This document shows positions 1 through 9,051 of a DNA stretch of 64,000 nucleotides, one piece after another. The position numbers and the translations under genes are program-made. Source of the stretch: a virus; the IMG/VR virus record IMGVR_UViG_3300022926_000006, positions 1 to 64,000 of that record. The stretch is one strand, 5' to 3'. A model generated the notes under the pieces. The model was not told where the DNA came from, ran no database searches, and saw nothing but the letters and a program-made list of their open reading frames with translations. Positions within the stretch are counted from its first letter, which is position 1. Each line of letters starts with the position of its first letter.

Positions 1-4
1 TTCA

Positions 5-448
5 TTACATTACCCCATTAGTAAACTTGTGCCATTCGATTGCATTCTTGATATCCCACCCACGCGAGTTGATGCTACGAACAACATATTCTAAGAAGTT
101 TACAACCGTTTCATAATATACAACTTTGTCTTTCTTTTTGATTAAATCAAAGTCGCCTTCTAGTTGTTCTTCCATTTCATTCTTCAGAGGTTTTGCACCC
201 AAGTACTGTTCCCAACCAAGTTCTTTTAATTCATTCTCCGACAGTTCTCCACGATAGTACCGCCACTTATAGCGTCTAAGTTTTGCGTAATCGCTTTGTT
301 CTTTTCTGAGATTGAGTTTGACTGTGCTTAAAATTGCAACATACTTAGCATGTAGATTTGGTACATTTAATGCTTCTTTGCTAAGTTCGGTGTCATCGAA
401 TCCAGCATCTGCCGCCCACATTTGTTGTAACTTGTCTAGTTCTATCAT
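5..448 (-). CDS. uvsY: Recombination mediator UvsY
   Basis: P.LHAKY, W.YY.G and SI..RGWDIKNAIEW.KF..G motifs; T4-like position downstream of gp3. Confidence 0.9.
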   Translation of the reverse strand: MIELDKLQQMWAADAGFDDTELSKEALNVPNLHAKYVAILSTVKLNLRKEQSDYAKLRRYKWRYYRGELSENELKELGWEQYLGAKPLKNEMEEQLEGDFDLIKKKDKVVYYETVVNFLEYVVRSINSRGWDIKNAIEWHKFTNGVM

Positions 449-473
449 TCATTCCTCACATATAATTTTATAC

Positions 474-502
474 ATAATGACACACTTCTACCTTTTTGTC
501 AA
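474..502 (-). promoter_or_regulatory. Possible sigma70-type promoter for uvsY
   Basis: TTGACA (502-497), 17-nt spacer, weak -10 CATTAT. Confidence 0.4.
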
Positions 503-520
503 GCAAAAAAAGGGTAAAAG

Positions 521-1105
521 TTATAATTTCACAATATCAAACCAAGAGAATGAAAATGATGCAGATGCCGTGATGTATGGCATTGATGTGTCTGTGATAT
601 CAAACTGTAGTGCTTCCAATGAAGTTGGAAATAAATCTTTGAAGCGTATCTCTACGTTTGCATTATTGCTACTATTTGTAATTGTCATTGTAGCGTCTGT
701 CATAGTAGGAGCAATAGGTTTTAATGTACTACTAGACGCCGCAGGATGCGCCACAGAAGAGTTTATATAATCTGTGTACTCTTTTGTGTCAATGTCACCA
801 CTGACTGCTCTCATCCATGTATAGAGTGCTTTATAGTTTACCATATCCTCATCAACAAGAAAGGTAATTAATAAGTCACCAAATTGTAATGTGTCACCAG
901 GAACTGGAGTATCTTTAACTCTTGTAAATTGTGTAGACATTCCTAATGTAGTATTAGGAATATTTGCCGTCTGACATGTAAATGCAACAGTTGGAAGATT
1001 TTGCATTGTAAACACAAATGATGACGGTGCAAGATAGTTTAAATTTTGCTGAACTGGATTTGATTGAACCCATGTCTGAATGTTAACATTGCTGTCATAT
1101 GCCAT
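521..1105 (-). CDS. gp3: Tail completion / tube terminator protein (T4 gp3-like)
   Basis: NYLAP..F.F, CQTANIP, PGD.L.F..L.ITFLVDEDM.NY, F.DLFPTSL motifs; synteny gp23-gp3-uvsY. Confidence 0.85.
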   Translation of the reverse strand: MAYDSNVNIQTWVQSNPVQQNLNYLAPSSFVFTMQNLPTVAFTCQTANIPNTTLGMSTQFTRVKDTPVPGDTLQFGDLLITFLVDEDMVNYKALYTWMRAVSGDIDTKEYTDYINSSVAHPAASSSTLKPIAPTMTDATMTITNSSNNANVEIRFKDLFPTSLEALQFDITDTSMPYITASASFSFSWFDIVKL

Positions 1106-1145
1106 AGTAGTTTTCCTATTCGTTTATACTACTATTTATCCATTT

Positions 1146-1170
1146 AAAAAAGGGGACATTTAGTCCCCTC
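1146..1170 (-). terminator. Intrinsic terminator after pqqA
   Basis: GGGGAC-TAAAT-GTCCCC hairpin followed by a T-run on the minus strand. Confidence 0.8.
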
Positions 1171-1176
1171 TGAGTA

Positions 1177-1248
1177 TTACTTGTTCATTATGTACATTGT
1201 TACTTCAAATCCAAATCTCATTTCTGTATATGTTGGTTTAGTCCACAT
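1177..1248 (-). CDS. pqqA: Pyrroloquinoline quinone precursor peptide PqqA (23 aa, MWTKPTYTEMRFGFEVTMYIMNK)
   Basis: Hand-translated; MW.KP...E.R.GFEVTMY with the invariant ExxxY core; GGAG RBS at 1258-1255; downstream terminator. Confidence 0.93.
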   Translation of the reverse strand: MWTKPTYTEMRFGFEVTMYIMNK

Positions 1249-1339
1249 AATTTTCTCCATAAAATTTTATGCAAAATGCATACTATTACTTATAAGATTA
1301 GAGTGATAAATTGACTAAGTATTATCATGAATTTATAAT

Positions 1340-1367
1340 AAAAAAAAGGGTCCCGAAGGACCCTTTT
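1340..1367 (-). terminator. Intrinsic terminator after gp23
   Basis: AAAAGGGTCC-TTCG-GGACCCTTTT stem with cUUCGg tetraloop and long U-tract. Confidence 0.9.
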
Positions 1368-1391
1368 CTCGTTTTTTGCTTTACAGCAATC

Positions 1392-2669
1392 TTACATAAG
1401 GTTAGTAACTTTAGTAAGTCTGTAGTAAGCGTTGCTATCAGCACTGATAGATGTGAATGGATTTGAGACAATACCGTAGCGTGTCTTGAAACCAATCTTA
1501 GGTTGGAATGTATTCTCACCAACTGCACGAACCATTTGTAACGGAACGTATGGGCAATAGAACAGACCAGCATCATATGCTGAAGTACCCTTATAACCTA
1601 CACAGTAGAACTGTGAAGCATCTGAGTTGTTTGCTGAATATGGATCAACGTAGACTTTAATCTTACCGTTAAGTACACCAGCAAAGGTGTTACCAGCGTC
1701 ATCAACCTGGAGACCAGTTTGAAGTGCAGGTGCGTAATCAAGAACGCCTGCCATTGACAGAGCAGATGCAACATCACTTGAAGTGATGATGAAGTTACCC
1801 TTACCACGGCGAGTGTCTTGTGCGATTGTGTTAGCATCGCGCTCGATTTGGAACAAGAGTCCCTTGAAACGCTCAACTGACCAACGACCGTTACTGTCAA
1901 CGTCTAAGTCAAAAGTACCAGCAGTTGCTACTGCGCCTGCTTGTGCGCCTGCTTTAGCAGATGTGTACACAGTACGAACTACTTCGCGGTTGATTTCAGC
2001 AAGAATTTCTGCAGACAAGATGTTTGCTAATTCTGTTTCAGCGTCAAGACCGTGAACTGCTTTCAAATCTTGTGCAAGTTCAAGTGTGTATTCTGCTTTC
2101 AATGCGCGGGTCTTAGCAGTAACGGTGGTCTTCTCAATTGAGAATGCCATTTCGTTAAACTGACCAGAGTTACCCATTGCAACAGCGCCATCGCCAAGTG
2201 CTTCACCAAGGTTGGTTGCGGCGGCGGTACCAGTTGTGTGAGTACCGTCAACTGGGTTTGAACCAGCGTGAGTACCAACACCAGCAAAGTCTGTATCTGC
2301 TTCGTTGAAGAGTGCTTCAGTACCACCTTGGGTGCTGTAAGTAGACTTCATTGCAAAGATAAGACCAGTTGGAGCAGTCATAGGTTGAACACCACAGATG
2401 TCGTATGCAATCAGATTAGGCATTGCACGGCGTACAAGCGAAATCAGGATTGGGTCAAACTTAGCAACCCCACCACTGTCTGGCATAGCGCCAGCGGCGT
2501 TGGCAGGTGCCGCTTCATGGAGCATACCACGCTCCTCTTTCATTGCTTTTTCTTGGTTCTCAAGAATTACAGTTGTGACTGCCTTCTTGTAAGAATCCTG
2601 AATGGCAGGCATGTCAGGATGCTCAAGAACAGGACCCCACTTCTGCTGAAGGTTTTCTGTTAAAAACAT
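1392..2669 (-). CDS. gp23: Major capsid protein
   Basis: KW.PVLEH, LVRRAMPNLIAYDICGVQPM, ELAQDLKAVHGLDAE, FYCPYVPLQM, FQPKIGFKTRYG. Confidence 0.99.
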   Translation of the reverse strand: MFLTENLQQKWGPVLEHPDMPAIQDSYKKAVTTVILENQEKAMKEERGMLHEAAPANAAGAMPDSGGVAKFDPILISLVRRAMPNLIAYDICGVQPMTAPTGLIFAMKSTYSTQGGTEALFNEADTDFAGVGTHAGSNPVDGTHTTGTAAATNLGEALGDGAVAMGNSGQFNEMAFSIEKTTVTAKTRALKAEYTLELAQDLKAVHGLDAETELANILSAEILAEINREVVRTVYTSAKAGAQAGAVATAGTFDLDVDSNGRWSVERFKGLLFQIERDANTIAQDTRRGKGNFIITSSDVASALSMAGVLDYAPALQTGLQVDDAGNTFAGVLNGKIKVYVDPYSANNSDASQFYCVGYKGTSAYDAGLFYCPYVPLQMVRAVGENTFQPKIGFKTRYGIVSNPFTSISADSNAYYRLTKVTNLM

Positions 2670-2712
2670 TTTTATATCTCCTTGTTTTTACTTTTAATAA
2701 ATGTAACAGTAT

Positions 2713-2720
2713 TATTTATA
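2713..2720 (-). promoter_or_regulatory. T4-type late promoter (TATAAATA) for gp23
   Basis: Exact TATAAATA. The same motif occurs on the minus strand at about 3954, 5001, 11010, 16252, 19327, 23176, 34406, 39783, 42169, 53600, 55188 and 56357; gp33 coactivator is present. Confidence 0.85.
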
Positions 2721-2723
2721 CTA

Positions 2724-3926
2724 TTACTTTGCCTTAAATGTTCTGGAGATTGCAGAAACATAGTCTTTCATCTCTCCGGTTAGATTGACTGATTCAGAAA
2801 TCTCTTCAACAGCAACCGCGTCCTCTTCGATAGTTTTGGCAACTTTTGGGAAGTAACTCTCAATGAGTGTTCCCAATTCTTCTTTGTACTGTTCTTCAGT
2901 GTCGAACTGTACGCTTTCTACTAGACCAGCAAACTTCTCTTTTTGAGTGTCAGTTAAGTCTTTAGTAGCATTTTCGATAGCAATTTGCTTCTTTGCTTCG
3001 TTGACGATTTTTGCAGTTTCAGCATTCTTTTGGATTTGCTCATTGAGTTTAGTCTCAAGTGCTTCGATTTTTGATTGCTGTTCTGCCATTACGTCATATT
3101 TGTCTTCTGGAACATCAATGTAATGCTCTTCGAATACTTTCTTCAATGAAACGATGAAATCTTCAGTGATTTCTGATTTAAGACCACGCTCAACTGCGAG
3201 TTCATTATCAGATGCCCACTGCTCAACAACATATGAAAGATAAGTGTCAACTTTCTCTGTCAAATCTTCTTGAATTTTAGCAACTTCTTCTTCCAATGCA
3301 ACAGCAAATGTTTCATTGATATCTGCAACCGCACCATTAACTTTAGAAAGAACTGCCGCTTCAAAGATAGTCTTTGCTTTTGCTTGAGTATCTTCATCAA
3401 GTGAAATTGCTTCAGCAAGGGCAGACATGTCATCAGCAATATCCAAATCTTCGGATTTGTATGATGCTTTTAACTTCTTCTTACCATGTGCCATTTCTTC
3501 GACTTCATCTTCGTCTTCATCTTCATCTTCGTCCTCATCTTCATCGTCTTCTTCTTTAGCGACTACTTTCTTGGACTCTTTCATTTCTTCATCATCTTCG
3601 TCTTCATCTTCGTCCTCTTCCTCATCAACTTTCTCGCCTTTTTTCTTAGCGATTGCTTTCTTGAGGGCAGGAGGAAGTTCGCCTTCAGTGACTTCTTCTT
3701 CTGCAATTACATCTTCATCTGCATCTTCGTCTTCTTTGACTTTCTGCATTTTCTCTTGTGGTTTTTCTCCACCTGGAGCAGATGCTTTTTTCTGTTTCTT
3801 ACCGGCGTCTGGACCAGACTTTGTTTCTGGATCAGTTACAGCAGGACCTAAGTCTTCTGCGCCTTTAGGTGCCGCTTCAGCAATTGATGCTTCTAACAGT
3901 TCCTTAATTTTATCTTCTACTGACAT
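2724..3926 (-). CDS. gp22: Prohead core scaffolding protein
   Basis: AKTIFEAAV, KVDTYLSYVVEQW..DNELAVERGL, F.EHYIDVPEDK; acidic low-complexity N-terminal part. Confidence 0.95.
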   Translation of the reverse strand: MSVEDKIKELLEASIAEAAPKGAEDLGPAVTDPETKSGPDAGKKQKKASAPGGEKPQEKMQKVKEDEDADEDVIAEEEVTEGELPPALKKAIAKKKGEKVDEEEDEDEDEDDEEMKESKKVVAKEEDDEDEDEDEDEDEDEVEEMAHGKKKLKASYKSEDLDIADDMSALAEAISLDEDTQAKAKTIFEAAVLSKVNGAVADINETFAVALEEEVAKIQEDLTEKVDTYLSYVVEQWASDNELAVERGLKSEITEDFIVSLKKVFEEHYIDVPEDKYDVMAEQQSKIEALETKLNEQIQKNAETAKIVNEAKKQIAIENATKDLTDTQKEKFAGLVESVQFDTEEQYKEELGTLIESYFPKVAKTIEEDAVAVEEISESVNLTGEMKDYVSAISRTFKAK

Positions 3927-3969
3927 TTGGATATCTCCTATTTGTTTGTCTATTATTTATAATTGTTGT

Positions 3970-4617
3970 TTAAAGTTTTGACAAGAAATTTTCGAATGCT
4001 TGCAATTTTGCTTCATCTAATTTACGCATAGATGCTTTCTTAATTTCTTGTTTATATCTTTCGATATTCACTTCTTTGATGATGCCATTATCCCACACCC
4101 ACTCTTTACCTTCCATGATGCCACTTACGAAAGCATCAGGTGCAGATGGGTCTGCAACAATGTCGGCGGCGGTTGCAAGATAAAAGTCACCTTGCACTTC
4201 TTGGGCACCTGAACGACCCGCTTTAAGCGAACCCATGCCTCTAGAAGATACCCCCAAAGTAGCGCCTTCATCCATCAAATTCTTAACAATCTTACCATAT
4301 GGAGTATCCATAATCTTTGCTTTGCCTATGACATTAGAACCATCCATCTTCAGTTCTGTAATCATATGCGATACTCTTTCAAGATTGATTGTTGGACCAT
4401 CAGGATGTCCCAACTCACCAAACGCACGTTTACGGTCAATGTTTTCTTTAGTATATCTTTTGACTTCAGTTTCCATAACTGACTTTGGATATACTCGACC
4501 GTTTCTATTCTTGAGGTCGGACTGCATGAATACGCCCTCAATGAAATATTGTTTTGCGCCACCCTTCTCTTCTACAAGAAAGTTAGCGTCTGAAATTTCT
4601 TCTCTAATCAGTTTCAT
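3970..4617 (-). CDS. gp21: Prohead protease
   Basis: NRNGRVYP, GELGHP, GVSSRGMGS, DIVADPSAPDAFV; likely start MKLIREE at 4617. Confidence 0.97.
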   Translation of the reverse strand: MKLIREEISDANFLVEEKGGAKQYFIEGVFMQSDLKNRNGRVYPKSVMETEVKRYTKENIDRKRAFGELGHPDGPTINLERVSHMITELKMDGSNVIGKAKIMDTPYGKIVKNLMDEGATLGVSSRGMGSLKAGRSGAQEVQGDFYLATAADIVADPSAPDAFVSGIMEGKEWVWDNGIIKEVNIERYKQEIKKASMRKLDEAKLQAFENFLSKL

Positions 4618-4618
4618 G

Positions 4619-4975
4619 TTAGATACCTGCATAACCTGTTAATTTTTTAAGCACTAAAATGCATGTGCCGCTATTAGTACCTAATGTTACTTTGATGTCT
4701 TCATCGGCATCTGTGACTTCTGTAGCAGGAAGTATAATGTGTCCTGCTGTAACACCACCACTGTCAAATTTAATTGTTCCTGTAGCGGCACTTTCAACTG
4801 TTACGTCACCAGACCAAATAATTTCCTTGATACCAACAGTAGGTGAAGCGGCAGTTTGACTTGTCACAAGAAATGAAGCACCATCTATATCGATGGTGGT
4901 GTTTCCCGCACCTCCAGTTACACTGACTACATTAGTCGTTTTGGTAACCTTTAGAAATTGTTGACCTATTGCCAT
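4619..4975 (-). CDS. Small beta-rich virion protein, similar to 13365..13736
   Basis: Late promoter upstream; C-terminal DIKVT...GT..LVLKKLTGY. Confidence 0.6.
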   Translation of the reverse strand: MAIGQQFLKVTKTTNVVSVTGGAGNTTIDIDGASFLVTSQTAASPTVGIKEIIWSGDVTVESAATGTIKFDSGGVTAGHIILPATEVTDADEDIKVTLGTNSGTCILVLKKLTGYAGI

Positions 4976-5020
4976 TTTAAATACCCTTTTATTTTACTAA
5001 TATTTATACAGTATAATGTT

Positions 5021-6685
5021 TTAACTTTCGCCCTTTGCCATATTGGTGGCGGTACCCATCTTAACATTCATCCAATCATCACCATAACGCTTCTTAAATT
5101 CAGCATCAGGTAAGTCTTTAGCGATTTTCTCTCGCTTCTTTAATTCAAATTTAGTCAATGCTCGCTCTTTTATGGTAGAAGTATCGGTTTCTTCTTTATC
5201 ACCATGGTGAACTACGAATTCGTTAAATGAGTTGTATACATAAGGTGTAACCTTTTCAGAAACAATAGAATCCTTATTAATAGTCTCATCCATTAATGCT
5301 TGAATGGTCTTAACATCTAGTTTTAACATTTTAGCAATTTGTTGTGCAGACTTACCTTGAGAGATAAGGTCATGCAATTGCTTCATCTTACCCTCTTCAA
5401 GTTCTACTTCTTCACGCACTTGTTTAGCAAGGTCTGCGTCAACGAATTCTTCATATGCTGGTTTAATAGCAAGAAGTCCCTGTTGTGACTTAGGAACTTT
5501 CAAGTCTTTAATTGCTTTGAGTTTTGCACCATATATGCTTTCTGCTTCACTCTTTTTGATTTCAAGTTTCTTGCCCTTATAGATTGCAATCCATCCAGCA
5601 AATTTTTCTTCGTTTACGCTTTCTTCTGGTATTACTCTTAATGCTCCAGACACATATGCTGGATGATTTTTCAATGCTCTTTGTGCATCTGTCTCATCGT
5701 TGCTGTCAACATAGACTTTTACTTTTTTATTTCTACTATCAGCATCTACACGAAACTGAATACGACCCATCTTCTGAGCAATCTCTTTACCAATACCATC
5801 ACCCATCATTCTATCAAAGATTTTCTGCTTCTTAGGGTCTTTGAAGTTACCGTCTTTATCAAATAACTTTGCAAGATGTGCAGGTAATGCCTCATCAAGT
5901 GTTTCTTCTTTTAGTTGCGACTTATCTACTTTGTCACCAATTGCTTGTGCAGTTTTAAGTCTTGCCATTTTGAGTGGTGCAACATCTTTAAAACGCTTTT
6001 CAAGACTTCTACGATCCAATCTCAGGTCACGCTCATCACTGCCCATTGAATAGATTTTCATATCTGTTCCAACAAGAGCATACTTCATCTTTGGTGCTTC
6101 ATCCAACTCTTCTTTTAACTCTGATACTGCTTTCTTAAAGTTTTCAGGAGACTTAGAAACATAAGTCTGTAACTGCAATTTAGAAGCAGGTTTAAGATTT
6201 TGATAGATACGCAGAATTTTTTCTGCATCTTTAGGATTTAATTTGACTTTCTTTCCATTAGAGAACTCAACAGGTTTCATACCACGCAAAGAAATAACTT
6301 TACGCAACTGAACGATTACATTCTTATCTGCCTGCTCTCTATCTGTATCGGTAGCATCAGTATCGATATCAGCGGCGTCTTTACCACTTCTACGACCCAT
6401 TGCTCTCATTGCATCGCGCTTTGCACGATTTTCTTCTAACTCTTCACCCACAAGTTGCAAGTATTCTTTTGCAATATTTTCCACATCTTTTTGATTAGAA
6501 TATGAACCCGCATACTTTTCGCCATCAAAGTAAGCAAAGAACTTATTACCTTTTGATGTGATTGTAAATTCAACATTCTTTTTACGACCAATCTTTTCGT
6601 TCTTTACAATTTTTTCGCCGGCGCCAACTTTAACTTTTTCTTGTAAATCTAAAGTTTGTCTGATATGGGTGAGTGTTAATGACAT
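5021..6685 (-). CDS. Lys/Glu-rich prohead core / internal head protein (gp68 position), probably protease-processed
   Basis: Between gp67-like and gp21; basic modules separated by acidic linkers ending (L/I/V)xE. Confidence 0.55.
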   Translation of the reverse strand: MSLTLTHIRQTLDLQEKVKVGAGEKIVKNEKIGRKKNVEFTITSKGNKFFAYFDGEKYAGSYSNQKDVENIAKEYLQLVGEELEENRAKRDAMRAMGRRSGKDAADIDTDATDTDREQADKNVIVQLRKVISLRGMKPVEFSNGKKVKLNPKDAEKILRIYQNLKPASKLQLQTYVSKSPENFKKAVSELKEELDEAPKMKYALVGTDMKIYSMGSDERDLRLDRRSLEKRFKDVAPLKMARLKTAQAIGDKVDKSQLKEETLDEALPAHLAKLFDKDGNFKDPKKQKIFDRMMGDGIGKEIAQKMGRIQFRVDADSRNKKVKVYVDSNDETDAQRALKNHPAYVSGALRVIPEESVNEEKFAGWIAIYKGKKLEIKKSEAESIYGAKLKAIKDLKVPKSQQGLLAIKPAYEEFVDADLAKQVREEVELEEGKMKQLHDLISQGKSAQQIAKMLKLDVKTIQALMDETINKDSIVSEKVTPYVYNSFNEFVVHHGDKEETDTSTIKERALTKFELKKREKIAKDLPDAEFKKRYGDDWMNVKMGTATNMAKGES

Positions 6686-6696
6686 GTATCTACCTT

Positions 6697-6888
6697 CTAG
6701 TTTTCTGTCGATGCATCAATATCAAGTTGTCCGTTGTCATTGAATAAACTCTTCGAAAGTGTTTCTTTCGCAGTAGCAAGTTGCATTGCAACCTTATCAT
6801 TCATAACCGACTGAAACTTAACTTCAGCATCTACTAAATTCTTATCGCGAATATCGCCAATCATTGAATTAATTTTATTATCACTCAT
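6697..6888 (-). CDS. Small prohead core protein (gp67-like)
   Basis: 63-aa helical protein directly after the portal gene. Confidence 0.55.
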   Translation of the reverse strand: MSDNKINSMIGDIRDKNLVDAEVKFQSVMNDKVAMQLATAKETLSKSLFNDNGQLDIDASTEN

Positions 6889-8412
6889 TTAAAAGTCTCC
6901 TTCATCATCTGGTTCTTCACCGTCTTGGTTTTGCGCGGCGACTTCTGCCTCCGCTGTTATCTGATTATTTATCTGTTCAATATCATCGTCTGTTTGCATC
7001 AGAATATTCTTACGCACCCATAATGCAGAGTAATATTGACCAACAAATTCTGTAGTATCACGCAACAGCGCAATTCGCTCTCTTAATATCTCTTGATTTT
7101 TAAGTTCTGTAAACTGATTATCTTTGATATAACTATAACGAATATCTTCTTTAATAACTTCCCAGTCTTCTTCAGTTAAAATATTTTTAAGTATTAACTG
7201 TGTGCGTAGTAAGTCTTGAAACAATTCATTAAACTTTTTACGCAAACGACCGACAAACTTTGTAAACTTTAACTCATCGCGATTAATCTCTGTTGCTCGA
7301 CCTAACTGAAATCCACTTTCAGGTTGCATACGAGACTGTGGTACGTTAAGTGCTAAGAACATCTTCTTCTTAAAATACTCAACATCTTCAATCTCACCGA
7401 GGTTCTGACCACCACCTAATGTTGTGATTTCAGTTCCTCTTCCACCTTCTCTTCGTGGCATCCAGAAGTCTTCTAACATGTTCATGAACTTACGGTCATC
7501 TTTGACTTCACCAGTATCTCCATCATAAACTAACTTATTTTTAAAGTTATTCATAATGTCTTTTAGATACTGTTCCGCCTTTTGCTTAGGTAAGTTGCCA
7601 ACATCTACATAGAATACTCTACGCTCAGGTGCCCTTGCAATACGATATACTACAAGTGCATCTTCCATCATTCTTAACTGATTAACAGGTTTAATTGCTT
7701 TATGTAAATAACCTAAAACAATATTATTATTTAAATCAGTTAAACCTGAAGGAACATATGTTACACTATCTTTTGTTAAAGCGACTGACGCCGCCTTTTT
7801 GATTTGTGCTATATTACCAATAACAGAACCTTCTGTATATAAGAAATATTCTCTTACACGTTTAATGTGTGCAATATTATCTTCCGATACATTTGCTTCA
7901 TCTTTCTCAACTTCGCGAACATACTTGATTGAGCGTGGATCAATAATTCGTAACTTTTGAATTCCGTCTTTTGTATTTTTAGTATCTACAACTTTATGAA
8001 AATAAAGTCTACCATCAACATACCAACGCTTAAACAACTCATGAGAACGCTTGTTAAAGTCAAGCATCTTCAGAATTTGTTTAAACTCTTCTCTAACTTT
8101 TTTCTTAACTGAATCCGATAAAGAAACATCATCTAATACAATATTAACAGACTGTTCTTCATCAGATACAATTGCTTCATTAATAATATCATCAATCGCC
8201 GCTTCGCACTCAGGATACATAGAAATTTCGCGGTACCTTTTAATAAGGTCCGCTTCATTCTTTGCTGAATAATCCTGATTGAGATACATACCATAAGCAC
8301 CACCGCTTACAGTTGATTGACCATCGTCCGGAGAAGGAAGAATAATGTCCTGCTTATTATTCTGAACCTCTCCGGGACGACCTATCTCAAATCCAAAAAG
8401 TTTGACTGCCAT
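6889..8412 (-). CDS. gp20: Portal protein
   Basis: WYVDGR, YLHKAIKPVNQLRMMEDALVVYRIARAPERR, EDFWMPRREGGRGTEITTL. Confidence 0.99.
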   Translation of the reverse strand: MAVKLFGFEIGRPGEVQNNKQDIILPSPDDGQSTVSGGAYGMYLNQDYSAKNEADLIKRYREISMYPECEAAIDDIINEAIVSDEEQSVNIVLDDVSLSDSVKKKVREEFKQILKMLDFNKRSHELFKRWYVDGRLYFHKVVDTKNTKDGIQKLRIIDPRSIKYVREVEKDEANVSEDNIAHIKRVREYFLYTEGSVIGNIAQIKKAASVALTKDSVTYVPSGLTDLNNNIVLGYLHKAIKPVNQLRMMEDALVVYRIARAPERRVFYVDVGNLPKQKAEQYLKDIMNNFKNKLVYDGDTGEVKDDRKFMNMLEDFWMPRREGGRGTEITTLGGGQNLGEIEDVEYFKKKMFLALNVPQSRMQPESGFQLGRATEINRDELKFTKFVGRLRKKFNELFQDLLRTQLILKNILTEEDWEVIKEDIRYSYIKDNQFTELKNQEILRERIALLRDTTEFVGQYYSALWVRKNILMQTDDDIEQINNQITAEAEVAAQNQDGEEPDDEGDF

Positions 8413-8454
8413 TTTATCTCCACTCTAACATATTATACAATACTTATATCAGTC

Positions 8455-9021
8455 TTAAATAGTGGTATCTGCGGTAGTATTACCACCACGACCACCAAGA
8501 CTTTCAAAGAATTGATAAGTAAATTCACAAGTAAACTCTGCAATTGCATCGTTTGTTCCAAAGTCAAGTGCAATCTCACCAATATTAGTAGGATATGCAT
8601 CTTTAATTATATATGACTTTAGAATAGCATCGTTTCTGTCTAAATGGTCTACTCGCAGGTCAACCAAATACTGTGAAGGTGAAACTTTACCTCTATTAGT
8701 GATTGGGTTGTTAATACCATTTTGCCAGATTTCTAATGCGTCACGAATTGCAAAAGAAGTATCGTTATATACTGTAATAGTCCATGGAGTGAAAGTTCTT
8801 TCACCGCCAAAGTTTACTACACGACCCCTATAGTTGACTGGTGTATTGCCGATAGTTGATCCAGGTAATGCGGCACCGCGACAGAGAAATTCTGCATCAC
8901 GTCCCGCGGCACCCGCAACCTCGCCTGTTACATAGTCAGGAAATGTAAGAGTAATCCTAAATTGGTTCGCTCTTGCACCGCCTCCTACCATACGGGATTT
9001 GAAGTCTGAAATTGTTGCCAT
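8455..9021 (-). CDS. gp19: Tail tube protein
   Basis: GGARANQF, LPGS, G.RTF.PWTITVYND, YPTNI..I.LD. Confidence 0.97.
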   Translation of the reverse strand: MATISDFKSRMVGGGARANQFRITLTFPDYVTGEVAGAAGRDAEFLCRGAALPGSTIGNTPVNYRGRVVNFGGERTFTPWTITVYNDTSFAIRDALEIWQNGINNPITNRGKVSPSQYLVDLRVDHLDRNDAILKSYIIKDAYPTNIGEIALDFGTNDAIAEFTCEFTYQFFESLGGRGGNTTADTTI

Positions 9022-9051
9022 TGTTTGCTCCTATTTTATCCTATTTATCCC

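Noticed and set aside
1325-1576. 83-aa minus-strand ORF and other alternate-frame ORFs overlapping gp23
   Set aside because: Shadow frames of a highly conserved gene; this one also runs through the gp23 terminator.
3427-3981. Plus-strand poly-Ser ORF and TCTTCA-type tandem repeats
   Set aside because: Antisense reflection of the Asp/Glu-rich tract of gp22; not a separate gene or repeat array.
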